This document shows positions 31,290 to 40,894 of a DNA stretch of 64,000 nt, one piece after another. The first letter of the stretch is position 1, and each line of letters opens with the position of its first letter. The notes under the pieces were generated by a model. That model ran no database searches and was not told the DNA's origin. It saw nothing but the letters and a program-made list of their open reading frames with translations. The position numbers were made by a program, and so were the translations under genes. This stretch comes from Candidatus Hermodarchaeota archaeon (lineage in GTDB: Archaea; Asgardarchaeota; Lokiarchaeia; Sigyniarchaeales; SOKP01), in the NCBI GenBank assembly GCA_048885535.1, contig JBHLLO010000001.1:32001-96000 (forward strand), given 5' to 3'.

Positions 31290-31300
31290 ATTAATCTTTA

Positions 31301-32257
31301 TTATGAATAATCTAACATTTTTTCAATCGGTTCTAGGGCTCTTTTAGCTATTTCAGAAGGGACCTTCACTTCAAAAGGATTCTCGGCTAGATTTTCCAAA
31401 ATATATTTAATTAATTCAAGATTATGCTTTTTCATATTGTAACAAATCAATTTATCTTTAGCTAGATATAACTTTTGACTTGGAAAATCTTCCTGCAAAC
31501 GATTTAATAATCCAACTTCGGTTCCTATTATGAATTCATCAAATTTTGAAGAATTCTCCTTAACAAAATTATACATACGCGTTGTAGAACCTACAAAATC
31601 TGCTAGTTCTCTTACTTTTCTTATACATTCTGGATGAACAAGAACTTTTGCTTGAGGATATTTAGCTTTGATAATAATAATGTCATTTTCAGTTATTTGT
31701 GAATGTACATAACAATGTCCATTCTCAGGCATTTTTATAGTTTTAACGTTAGATAACTGTTCAGCATAGTCTGCTAAGTTTGCATCCGGCCCAAATAACA
31801 CAGAATTAACATCATATTCTCTACTAATCTCTTCAACGACCTTTACAGCATTAGATGATGTACAACAGACATCTGACTCTGCTTTCACTGCAGCAGTTGA
31901 GTTTACATACATTACTACAGGGTGATCAGGAAATTTCCTTTTGAAATCTATAACTTTTTCAGGAGTTAGAAAAGCTGCCATAGGACAGCAAGATTCTGGA
32001 TTTGGGATTAAAACATGCTTATCTTGGTTTAGAATTGATGCTGTTTCTGCCATGAAGTCCACTCCTGCAAAGATAATATATTTCGTATCAACCTTATCCT
32101 TAGCTATACGAGATAAACCAAGGGAGTCACCTAAATAATCTGCTATTTGTTGTATTTCAATAGGTTGATAATAGTGTCCTAAAATAGTCACATCATTTAC
32201 TTTTTTTAATCTTAAAATCTCTTCTTGGAGTTCATTCACTTTCAATTCTTTCATCAC
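31301..32257 (-). CDS. nadA: Quinolinate synthase
   Basis: HYYQ, GDSLGL, FMAETA, CPMA, YVNS, CYVH, HPEC, CYNMK. Confidence 0.95.
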   Translation of the reverse strand: MMKELKVNELQEEILRLKKVNDVTILGHYYQPIEIQQIADYLGDSLGLSRIAKDKVDTKYIIFAGVDFMAETASILNQDKHVLIPNPESCCPMAAFLTPEKVIDFKRKFPDHPVVMYVNSTAAVKAESDVCCTSSNAVKVVEEISREYDVNSVLFGPDANLADYAEQLSNVKTIKMPENGHCYVHSQITENDIIIIKAKYPQAKVLVHPECIRKVRELADFVGSTTRMYNFVKENSSKFDEFIIGTEVGLLNRLQEDFPSQKLYLAKDKLICYNMKKHNLELIKYILENLAENPFEVKVPSEIAKRALEPIEKMLDYS

Positions 32258-32258
32258 C

Positions 32259-33479
32259 TCACAAAATTAGATTGAATTTTTTAGCAATTTCAAGGAATGA
32301 GTTTGCGAAGTGTTTTACTTGTTCCCATGTTAGACCGTATATGTTAAATTTCAGTTCTTTGGAAATCCCTGGGGCCAATCCTATAATTCCCCTCTCTTTA
32401 AATTCTTGTCTAACAAAAAAGCCTTTTCGTGGATGAGTTTTAGCAACTTCAGCGAATGAATCTGTTTTAATATTTGTTAAAGGATGAATTTTTGGTAATT
32501 TACCTTGAACTTCAATACCTCTTACTTTTTTGATGTTTTCAATTACAAAATTTGCCTTCTTGGATTCTTGAATGATATTTTCTCTTTTAGTTCGTTTTAC
32601 AATTGTAGGAAAACTTGCCATTAAAGTAATTAGAGGTGCTCCATAAACGGGAGGGCATCCCATTAAGGTACAAATTTTGTTTGGAAATGATTTACTTGTT
32701 AAATTTCCTTGGATCTGGGAACTTACCATAATATCATTATAATATTCATTACTAAATCCAAGAAGTCCGATTGGACCAGAAGCTGCCATAGATTTATGAC
32801 CACTACATGCGATAAAGTCTATATTATTAGTTTTACAATCAATTGGTAAAACTCCTGCTGAATAAGCCGCATTCAAAAGAAAGGGTACTTCGTAATCTCG
32901 GCATATATCACCTATCGGTTTGGGATCGTTAAAATTTCCGTACTTATAATCAACATGGGTTAATATAACTAATAATGGTAATTGTCCCGTTTCTTTCTTA
33001 ACAGCATCGATTGTCTCTTTATAATCAGTACTATTAATTATAAACTCTGGTTCTCCAGAATTAGGAACTTCTCTGACTTCTAAATTATTTGACTCGATTG
33101 CTAAATAAGTTGTATAGTGAGCTAGACTATCTATAATTATCACTTTTCTTTTTGGATATCTTTTTGATAAAGATTCTATTATAAGTCGTTTTGATTCTCT
33201 TGCGGCTGCGGTTGGAATTACTTTATCAATGTTTAAAAAATTAGCCATATCAACTAAAAAATCAATAACTGGTGGATTTTCAATTTCGTCGATTCTACCT
33301 TTAAGGCAATTATCACAAATTGAATAGCCATCTCCAAATTTTATTAACGCTTTAAACGCTTCTTTTGTTAATAGACCTCCTCTCTGAATAGGATGAACAT
33401 TTATGAACTCTTCATTAACAAATCGAGAAAGATTAGAATATTTTTGAACGAGAGAATTATTATATTCGATTTTATTCAT
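32259..33479 (-). CDS. pscS: O-phosphoseryl-tRNA:Cys-tRNA synthase (SepCysS)
   Basis: INVHPIQRGGLLT, DGYSICDNC, HYTT, NAAYS, SGHKSMAASGPIG, LMGC. Confidence 0.92.
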   Translation of the reverse strand: MNKIEYNNSLVQKYSNLSRFVNEEFINVHPIQRGGLLTKEAFKALIKFGDGYSICDNCLKGRIDEIENPPVIDFLVDMANFLNIDKVIPTAAARESKRLIIESLSKRYPKRKVIIIDSLAHYTTYLAIESNNLEVREVPNSGEPEFIINSTDYKETIDAVKKETGQLPLLVILTHVDYKYGNFNDPKPIGDICRDYEVPFLLNAAYSAGVLPIDCKTNNIDFIACSGHKSMAASGPIGLLGFSNEYYNDIMVSSQIQGNLTSKSFPNKICTLMGCPPVYGAPLITLMASFPTIVKRTKRENIIQESKKANFVIENIKKVRGIEVQGKLPKIHPLTNIKTDSFAEVAKTHPRKGFFVRQEFKERGIIGLAPGISKELKFNIYGLTWEQVKHFANSFLEIAKKFNLIL

Positions 33480-33626
33480 CTTCCTAATTATTAATTTATT
33501 AAAACATATTCTTTGATTAGAAATAGTGTTTTACTTTATAAAAATTAAAACATTATACCTCATCACAAAATTATATTATTTGTTGTTAACTCTTATTCAA
33601 AAAGCAGAACTTTTAAGTGATAAAAT

Positions 33627-34175
33627 TTGCCAATTATAATGCCAAGTCCTCAAACAGGTAAAACTCCCCAAATACATGAAACTGTATATATTGCACCTAC
33701 AGCTATTATAATAGGTGATGTTACTATAGATAAAGGGAGTAATATTTGGTTTGGGGCTGTACTCAGAGGAGATTGGGGTACAATTATTATCGGAAAGAAC
33801 ACTAGTGTGCAAGAAAACGTTACAATCCATAATGAAATGGGCTCAACAGTTAAAATTGGTGATAATTGCATAATTGGTCATCATGCTATGGTTCATGGAC
33901 CATGTACAATTGAAAATGGATGTGTAGTAGGTATTGGATCTAACGTTTTACACAGATCCAGGATGGGAGAAGGCTCCCAAATTGGTGCTGGAGCAGTATT
34001 AGTTAATAAAGAGATTCCACCAAGAGTTTTAGCTGTTGGGGTTCCTGCAGAAATCAAGAAAGAATTACCACAAACAGGTAAACTAGTTGGAGAAAAAACA
34101 TCTGATGAATATGCTAAAAATGGAAAAAATTTCAAGGAGTTTTATAGGAAAAATCCTCAGTATCTCAAATGGTAA
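33627..34175 (+). CDS. Gamma-carbonic anhydrase family (left-handed beta-helix) protein
   Basis: IIGDV, IWFGAVLRGD, VQEN..IH, IGHHAMVHG. Confidence 0.9.
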   Translation: MPIIMPSPQTGKTPQIHETVYIAPTAIIIGDVTIDKGSNIWFGAVLRGDWGTIIIGKNTSVQENVTIHNEMGSTVKIGDNCIIGHHAMVHGPCTIENGCVVGIGSNVLHRSRMGEGSQIGAGAVLVNKEIPPRVLAVGVPAEIKKELPQTGKLVGEKTSDEYAKNGKNFKEFYRKNPQYLKW

Positions 34176-34378
34176 TCTTTTCTCTTTTTTTTAAAAGTCA
34201 TCTTAGTATAAAATATCTCTGTATTATCATTGCTTTTAAGGAAATTTAACCTACTAAATTCAAAAATCTAAAAAAAATAAATTAAATTCCTCTAAAATAT
34301 TTATATATTTAAAAGGATTAAGTTATAATTATAGAAATCTAGAACTCTAATAAATTAAAAAAACTAGGTTAGGTTTTA

Positions 34379-34948
34379 ATGAATTTTATAAAAACATTTC
34401 TCGTATCGTTATTAATTTATCTAGGATTGAATCTGGTCTTCGCTTTTATAATGGTATATACCAATCCAATATTAGCTGCCCAACCAGATGCAGGGCTTCT
34501 TATAATAGCGATGATGTTTGGTCCTATTACAATATCTCCAGTGAATGCTTGGGTACATTTTCCTCTCCCTCTTGGTTATCCTTATAATTCTGGAATCGTT
34601 GGTATTATAGAAACAATCTCTCTTGGAGGAGATTATTTGGCAGCTATAATAATGTTTCTTTACTTGGTAATTCCTCCATTAATGTCAGTTATAATCGGAG
34701 GAGTCGTAGCAGATAGTACCACTATTGCTTTTGGATCTTGGTTTCTTATCGCAATTATCTCCACAGCAGCTTTTGCTATACTAATCGGTACTATGGGAAC
34801 TAGTCCATCCATCTTTATTATGTTTACTAATCACCTAATATGGCTAAACGGGCCAACAGATTTATATATTGCACTGGTTTTAACAGGTTTAATTAATGCT
34901 TTCGTGTATGGGTGTATTTCATTCCTAGTTACTAGAAAAAAGCTTTAA
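34379..34948 (+). CDS. Hypothetical membrane protein
   Basis: Four to five hydrophobic helices. Confidence 0.7.
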   Translation: MNFIKTFLVSLLIYLGLNLVFAFIMVYTNPILAAQPDAGLLIIAMMFGPITISPVNAWVHFPLPLGYPYNSGIVGIIETISLGGDYLAAIIMFLYLVIPPLMSVIIGGVVADSTTIAFGSWFLIAIISTAAFAILIGTMGTSPSIFIMFTNHLIWLNGPTDLYIALVLTGLINAFVYGCISFLVTRKKL

Positions 34949-34990
34949 ATTATGAAATAAATTAAAAATTTTCTTTTTTTCCTTTATACT

Positions 34991-35737
34991 TCATTGGTTC
35001 GAGCAAAGGCATTGTTCACTTTTAACAAGATCTATTTTATCAAACGTAAGATTAATTAGATTAACCATAAGTAACTTGTTTTCTAAATTGGGAAGTCCTA
35101 ATGTTGTTTTGATAACCTCAAGAGCTTCTAAAGTACCTAAAACACCCGGGGTTACTCCAATTACTGGTAAAGGGTCTGATTCTTGAGGTAATATTTCTGG
35201 TTCACTGAAAACGCATTGGTAGCATGCTGTTCTTTTTGGATTGATTGTCATTATTTGACCATAGAAATCTTTAATTCCAGCTATTACACATTTTAAGTTT
35301 GCTTCAATCGCGATTTTATTTACTAAAAATTTAGTTTTAAAATTATCACTACAATCTACAATAAAATCTTTATTATCAATATATTTTTTAATTGTTTTTT
35401 CCTCTACATAATCTTTATTTACAATAATTTTTACCTCAGAATTAAAATTCAATAGGACTTTTTCAGCAGCATCAACCTTATCCTTGCCAATTTGAGTCTC
35501 ATTATAGAGAATCTGACGTTGTAAATTCGAAATTGAAACGATATCATTATCTATTATTGTAAGTTCTCCTATACCTGCTGCAACTAAGTAATAAGCAAAT
35601 GGTGATCCCAAACCTCCAGCCCCAATTTGGAGTACTCTAATCTTTGATAATTTTTCTTGACCTTCTTCACCAATAGAAGGAGACAAAATTTGTCTTGAAT
35701 ATCTTTCTTTTTGCTTCTTAGTAAGAAACTTAATCAC
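34991..35737 (-). CDS. ThiF/MoeB/E1-like adenylyltransferase
   Basis: RYSRQ, GAGGLG, SNLQRQ, DCSDNF, CYQC. Confidence 0.9.
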   Translation of the reverse strand: MIKFLTKKQKERYSRQILSPSIGEEGQEKLSKIRVLQIGAGGLGSPFAYYLVAAGIGELTIIDNDIVSISNLQRQILYNETQIGKDKVDAAEKVLLNFNSEVKIIVNKDYVEEKTIKKYIDNKDFIVDCSDNFKTKFLVNKIAIEANLKCVIAGIKDFYGQIMTINPKRTACYQCVFSEPEILPQESDPLPVIGVTPGVLGTLEALEVIKTTLGLPNLENKLLMVNLINLTFDKIDLVKSEQCLCSNQ

Positions 35738-36104
35738 CTTTCATGAAATTTTTTACTTTTTTTAAGCATTCTTCAATTTCAATGAAAATTAAGCCCAAAT
35801 CTATGTTAAGATCAACAACTGATACTATTATACTATCCTCATCAATAGAGAGCATAATTAATTGGTAATCATTATATTCCACCGTTATATTGATTAATTT
35901 GTCAATTAATGTTGAGATAGCGCTTTCCATGGCTCCAAAGGTAGTCGCTGCCATTGCTCCTAATTTTCTCTCATCAATATTTCTAGGTAAATTAGAGATA
36001 ATTGTAAGACCATTACGATTAACTATAGCTGCTCCGATAATTCCATTTACTAGTTCTAGCTTTTCCAATTCTTTATGAAGATTTTCCAATGAAATTGAAT
36101 TCAT
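35730..36104 (-). CDS. Roadblock/LC7 domain protein
   Basis: GIIGAAIVNRNGLTIIS, LGAMAAT, DLGLIF. Confidence 0.85.
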   Translation of the reverse strand: MNSISLENLHKELEKLELVNGIIGAAIVNRNGLTIISNLPRNIDERKLGAMAATTFGAMESAISTLIDKLINITVEYNDYQLIMLSIDEDSIIVSVVDLNIDLGLIFIEIEECLKKVKNFMKGD

Positions 36105-36205
36105 TTATATTGGAATTATAAAATAATGATTAATAGTATGTATGAATTATATTATTTTGAATGTAAAGTTTCTGTTAAAAATTAAGTATAAAAACAAATT
36201 CCTAA

Positions 36206-36406
36206 CTATCTATAGAATCCTTTGTTCCCATTAAATGGACGATATCTATTTCTCCAACTAGGTTGTCTTAACTTGGTTGTTCTACCAAAACCACAACTTG
36301 CACAAAACCTTTTCCTCCTGTGATAACTATGCTTACCACATCTCCGACATGTTTTATGAGATGCTGCTTTACCTTTTTTTCCCTTACTTGGAGTCCCCTT
36401 ACCCAT
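36206..36406 (-). CDS. rpl37e: 50S ribosomal protein L37e
   Basis: KGTPSKGK, CRRCGKHSYH, CASCGFG. Confidence 0.95.
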   Translation of the reverse strand: MGKGTPSKGKKGKAASHKTCRRCGKHSYHRRKRFCASCGFGRTTKLRQPSWRNRYRPFNGNKGFYR

Positions 36407-36419
36407 TTATACCCATCTC

Positions 36420-36734
36420 CTAACTCTCTTCGCTTTCTTCTCTGTACATTAATTTATCTTCATCATTTTCAGAGAAAATCAATTTTTCTCGGTCTTGACC
36501 AATAAAAATTACTGAAGCCCCTCTTATCATAACTTTTCCGAGATCTTTACTCCTTTTACCGCCACGACCAAAATAGATTTCTTTTGCATCATCAACAATC
36601 AAATTCATATAATTATCAAACATCTCTAATTTCCCAGTTAAATACGTGTTCCAGATCTTTAACTTAATACGAACTTCCGGTTTCAAAATTGCTTTGCTTA
36701 AAGTTCTGTGAATTGTTTGCTGAGACATTTTCAA
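36420..36734 (-). CDS. Sm/Lsm-like RNA-binding protein
   Basis: Sm1 GKLEMFDNYMNLIVDDAKE and Sm2 LGKVMIRGASV; upstream of rpl37e as is typical in archaea; likely start is ATG at 36728. Confidence 0.88.
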   Translation of the reverse strand: MKMSQQTIHRTLSKAILKPEVRIKLKIWNTYLTGKLEMFDNYMNLIVDDAKEIYFGRGGKRSKDLGKVMIRGASVIFIGQDREKLIFSENDEDKLMYREESEES

Positions 36735-36856
36735 AATAAGAAAATAATTTGAATATCCTAATAAATGTAGTAAAAATATAAATATTTTTTTATTCTAAAG
36801 GATTTAATTAACCAATTAAACTAACCTTATACATTTAAATTAGACGGAAATTAGAA

Positions 36857-37894
36857 ATGAAGAAGATTGGGATATTTGACAGTGGCGTAGAAACTCCAGA
36901 AGAAATTATCATGGCCGCAAATTTTATACCTTTCAGACTTTTCGGTGATCCTTCTATAGAACCTGATAAAGCAAATGAACATATTCCACCAACTCATTGC
37001 ATATGGACCAGGAATCTTCTTGAACGTGCGATTAATGGACTAGATGATGATATTATCGGCATTATAGGAACACACGGCTGTGATCGAACAAACAGAGAAT
37101 TTGATATTTGGATAGAATGTTTAAATCTTGATTTCATGTTTTTCCTTAATTCACCCCGAAAGAGAGATAATCTTGCATTGAAGTTCTTTATCGATGATAT
37201 GAAAGAGTTAATCGTTCAGTTAGAAGAAAAATTTCAAATAAAAATTAGTTTGGACAAAATTAAAGATTCCATCAAATTAATGAATAGAATTAGGGTTCTT
37301 TTAAAAAATCTATCTGAGTTTAGAAAAGAGATGAAATTAGAAGGATCTGAGTTTCATTCGTTGGTAAAAGCATCTCAACAGGAAGATAAGAATATAGTAA
37401 TAAATCAATTGGAATCTAAATTAGAGGAATTCAAAAGAAGAGAATCATTTGAAAATAAGAAATTTAAAAATATCTTGTTAACCGGTTCAGAGATAGATGA
37501 TACGGAATTCATTAAATATCTTGAAGATTTAGGGTTCCATATTATCATCGATGATCTTGGGGTAGGCACTAAATATTTTTGGAATACCGTGAAAGAAAAT
37601 GGGAATCCAGTAGAAAATTTAGCTGAGTATCATTTAACAAAGCCAATTAATTCGATAAAGTTTCCAGCATATGAAAGATTTGAAGTCTTGAAAAATTTAG
37701 CTATTGACTATAACGTCGATGGAGTAATTAATATTGCTCAAAAATTCTGCGAACCGGTGTTGTATGATCATCCCTTCTTAAATAAGAAATTTAAAGAGTT
37801 GGATATCCCGTATTTATTCGTAGAAGTCACCTATAATCGAGAATCTTATAAACAATTATCTACTAGATTTTCTGCCTTCGCAGAGATAATTTAG
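36857..37894 (+). CDS. 2-hydroxyacyl-CoA dehydratase / benzoyl-CoA reductase-like subunit
   Basis: PEEIIMAA, HGCD, LLTGS, DGVI, KFCEP. Confidence 0.85.
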   Translation: MKKIGIFDSGVETPEEIIMAANFIPFRLFGDPSIEPDKANEHIPPTHCIWTRNLLERAINGLDDDIIGIIGTHGCDRTNREFDIWIECLNLDFMFFLNSPRKRDNLALKFFIDDMKELIVQLEEKFQIKISLDKIKDSIKLMNRIRVLLKNLSEFRKEMKLEGSEFHSLVKASQQEDKNIVINQLESKLEEFKRRESFENKKFKNILLTGSEIDDTEFIKYLEDLGFHIIIDDLGVGTKYFWNTVKENGNPVENLAEYHLTKPINSIKFPAYERFEVLKNLAIDYNVDGVINIAQKFCEPVLYDHPFLNKKFKELDIPYLFVEVTYNRESYKQLSTRFSAFAEII

Positions 37895-37903
37895 AGGTGA
37901 ATT

Positions 37904-39160
37904 ATGTCCAAAATAGAACATAAAAAAATGTTGGATGCCACCCAAGGTTTAAAAAATGTTATGGGTCGCCACTTTTTAGCAATTGAACAAGCGTATAGAG
38001 ACGGAAAACCAACTGCATGGGCAACTTCTGGGGCTCCCGTTGAAATGCTATACGCAATGGATGTTCAACCAATCTTGCCTGAAAATAGCGCCACAATAAG
38101 TGCTGCCCAAAAATTTTCGCAAAATTTCATAGAAATAGCTGAACAGGAAGGCTATTCCTACGATTTATGCTCGTATTTCAAAACAAATGTGGGAGCGGTG
38201 GTAAGTAACGCAGATATGGCAAAAGGAGGGACAAGAAAACCTACATTTATGTTATCTGCTGATGTGATCTGCGATACACATGTTAATTGGTTTGAAGTTC
38301 AAGCTGAGCGATTTGGTGTGCCACATTATACGATTGATGTTCCTCATGTTGTGAGCAACCTTACTAACAGGCAATATAACTATTTCAAAAAATATATTGT
38401 TGAACAATTATACGAATTTCTTGATTTTATGCAGGAAGTCACTGGACATGAATATAGTGAAAAGAAGACTCTTGAGGTAACTCAGAATTCATGGGATTTG
38501 AGTATGATATGGCAAGATATATACGAATTAAGAAAGAATGTCCCGTGTCCAATTTCTACGCGTGATACTTTTGGAGGTCTGTTTCCTCTGTTCACAATGC
38601 CTGGCTTAAAAGCTCCTATTAAATTATACAAAAGGATGTATCAAGAAGCAAAACAGCGTGTTGATAACGGCATAGGAGCTTTAGAAAATGAGGAGTTTCG
38701 TTTACTTTTTGAAGGTATCCCGTTCTGGTACAACTTAAAGTATTTCTCCATGCTCGAAAGATATGGAGCCATTATAGTTTATGAACCTTATACTTATGCT
38801 TTTAGTAAATACATGAATCCAAAAGTCACAAAAGAAATGGTCTTTAATGAACCAATAGAGGCTATGTCTGAATTGATGTTAAGTTTCTGGTATATATATG
38901 ACTTGCAGACTCGAATTAGTAAGTTTGAAGAAACTGTACGAGAATGGAAGATTGATGGAGTGCTATTGCATAATAATATGTCATGTCGACCAAACTCATG
39001 TGGATTATATGATTTAAAACGACATCTTATGGATGATTATGATATTCCTTGCCTTATCATTGATGCGGACATGAACGATCCGCGTAAACTGAATGCAGAA
39101 CAAGTTACAAACCAAATTGAAAGCTTCATAGAGTTATTAAAAGCAAGAAGAAAAAGATAA
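37904..39160 (+). CDS. 2-hydroxyacyl-CoA dehydratase / benzoyl-CoA reductase-like subunit
   Basis: PEN, DLCSY, ICD, DGVLLH, SCRP, DADMND. Confidence 0.85.
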   Translation: MSKIEHKKMLDATQGLKNVMGRHFLAIEQAYRDGKPTAWATSGAPVEMLYAMDVQPILPENSATISAAQKFSQNFIEIAEQEGYSYDLCSYFKTNVGAVVSNADMAKGGTRKPTFMLSADVICDTHVNWFEVQAERFGVPHYTIDVPHVVSNLTNRQYNYFKKYIVEQLYEFLDFMQEVTGHEYSEKKTLEVTQNSWDLSMIWQDIYELRKNVPCPISTRDTFGGLFPLFTMPGLKAPIKLYKRMYQEAKQRVDNGIGALENEEFRLLFEGIPFWYNLKYFSMLERYGAIIVYEPYTYAFSKYMNPKVTKEMVFNEPIEAMSELMLSFWYIYDLQTRISKFEETVREWKIDGVLLHNNMSCRPNSCGLYDLKRHLMDDYDIPCLIIDADMNDPRKLNAEQVTNQIESFIELLKARRKR

Positions 39161-39223
39161 AAAGGCAATAATTAATAAAGTCAGGAAGAGAGTGAGAATA
39201 ATGCTGTTAGTATTGAAGAAATT

Positions 39224-39802
39224 TCAAATTTTGAAAAAACGGACATGGTAAAATATTTGTTTTTCTTTTTTATGGGAGTTTATCTCACCCTTTTTAACTA
39301 AATTATCCAAAATTTTTTTAAGTTTTTCTTGTGTTAAATCGAAATCTTTTATTTCTGCACATCGGTTATATATGCTTTCAGATGTAAAAGCCTTGTCCTC
39401 ATTCTCTTTTAGATAATCAAAAATAATTTCTTCTATATGTTTATGCTTTTTTAATTTCAGGTGTTTTCTAATCGTAAAAAATAGACCAATGCCTCCCAAT
39501 AAAATCAGAGTTAATCCGATATATATCATAATTATATTTTGAAAAAAAACATAAAAGTAAAATAGTATAAACATTAATCCAGAGCTTAAGATTACACCCC
39601 AACCTGCTATCTTATCTCCATCTTTTTTTCCAAGTGTTTTTCTAAGCAGTAACCCTAATATCCCATCAATTACACAAAAAACACCAAGAATAACTAAAAA
39701 GTCAATGCTAATAAAAAATCCAAGCATGATAAGAATTATTCCGATAACAAGAAATGCATACCATCCTAATAACCAAAATATTCCATAAAGTGCTAATTGC
39801 AC
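39224..39802 (-). CDS. Membrane protein with C-terminal winged-helix-like domain
   Basis: Four TM helices then IFDYLKENEDKAFT...LDNLVKKGEI...IFY. Confidence 0.65.
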   Translation of the reverse strand: MQLALYGIFWLLGWYAFLVIGIILIMLGFFISIDFLVILGVFCVIDGILGLLLRKTLGKKDGDKIAGWGVILSSGLMFILFYFYVFFQNIIMIYIGLTLILLGGIGLFFTIRKHLKLKKHKHIEEIIFDYLKENEDKAFTSESIYNRCAEIKDFDLTQEKLKKILDNLVKKGEINSHKKEKQIFYHVRFFKI

Positions 39803-39888
39803 AAGATCACTAATATTTAATCCTCCTCTTTTTAGAGTCTAGATATATGTAAATTACAATATTGAGTATTTTAATAAAAGACTAGATG

Positions 39889-40401
39889 TTACATTAAAAA
39901 AATATTACTTATAATGGATTGCAATTCATCAAGATCGTTGTAATAGAACAAACTATCTCCAAGTTTAAAAAATGGTTTTAATAAACCTCCTTTTTTTAGC
40001 ATATGTGTCATTTCCACGTTTCTTAACACAAAAACTTTAGTCTTATTATAGAACTCAGGAAAAGCTACTATGATACCCATTTCTATCATCTGACCTCCTT
40101 TATCATGCTCAAGCACCATAATAATCTCATCAGAAAATTTAGCGATTAAGTCAAATTTAAGGATCAAGTTCTCGTTATGTGTACGTCGAAATTGGTTTTC
40201 AAAAAAAGCGAGAGTTCTTTCTCTCTTGTTTAAAAGATCCTTTATCTGAATTAAACTAGGAAAATTTGCTTCACTATATGATCCACAAATAAAAATTTTA
40301 TAGTTTAAGAGCTTATAAATTGAAAATACATCAATAAATTCATCAAGGAATTCTTCCCAAGTTTCTTCATGTGAATGCTCCATCTTAGACCTCAAAATCA
40401 A
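39889..40401 (-). CDS. Hypothetical protein, nucleoside 2-deoxyribosyltransferase/TIR-like flavodoxin fold
   Basis: KIFICGS first strand, SDEIIMV, GGQMIEMG helix with a conserved-looking Glu. Confidence 0.5.
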   Translation of the reverse strand: MILRSKMEHSHEETWEEFLDEFIDVFSIYKLLNYKIFICGSYSEANFPSLIQIKDLLNKRERTLAFFENQFRRTHNENLILKFDLIAKFSDEIIMVLEHDKGGQMIEMGIIVAFPEFYNKTKVFVLRNVEMTHMLKKGGLLKPFFKLGDSLFYYNDLDELQSIISNIFLM

Positions 40402-40428
40402 CTTTATATAAATATCTTTAATATCCCA

Positions 40429-40457
40429 AACTCAATTGACTCAATACAAATTGAGTT
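40429..40457. promoter_or_regulatory. Nested inverted repeat, putative operator between divergent genes
   Basis: AACTCAATT (40429-37) / AATTGAGTT (40449-57), plus ACTCAAT-N4-ATTGAGT (40439-56). Confidence 0.55.
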
Positions 40458-40534
40458 AAATATAAATATCCAAAATAATTATTTTTTTATAGAAGTAATG
40501 AAAAATTAAATAAAAACGTGAAGGGTGAGTAAAA

Positions 40535-40876
40535 TTGGAAACTCCTAAAAAGCTTGAAAAAATGAGGAAGGACTTAGAAATAATATCAGAAAAGACTCGC
40601 TATAAAATATTACTTACTCTATTAGCAAGTGGAAAAAAGTTATCTTTTAATCAACTGAAAGAATTGCTTCCTTCAATTCCAGATAATAACCTAAATTATC
40701 ACCTTAGTGTATTAAAGGAACACGAATTTATCAACAATGAAAAAAAATCAGAATATAAACGTATGGAACCCCGTTCTTTTTATTCGTTGAGTAAACGAGC
40801 AATAACATTACTTGAGAATTTAGGTCTTAATGCTGTTAAAAAAGAGTTTCAAGCACTGTTTCAACAAATGACGTAA
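40535..40876 (+). CDS. ArsR-family winged-HTH regulator
   Basis: RYKILLTL, SFNQLKE, NLNYHLSVL, YSLS. Confidence 0.8.
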   Translation: METPKKLEKMRKDLEIISEKTRYKILLTLLASGKKLSFNQLKELLPSIPDNNLNYHLSVLKEHEFINNEKKSEYKRMEPRSFYSLSKRAITLLENLGLNAVKKEFQALFQQMT

Positions 40877-40894
40877 AAAAAGTGTATGGATTAG

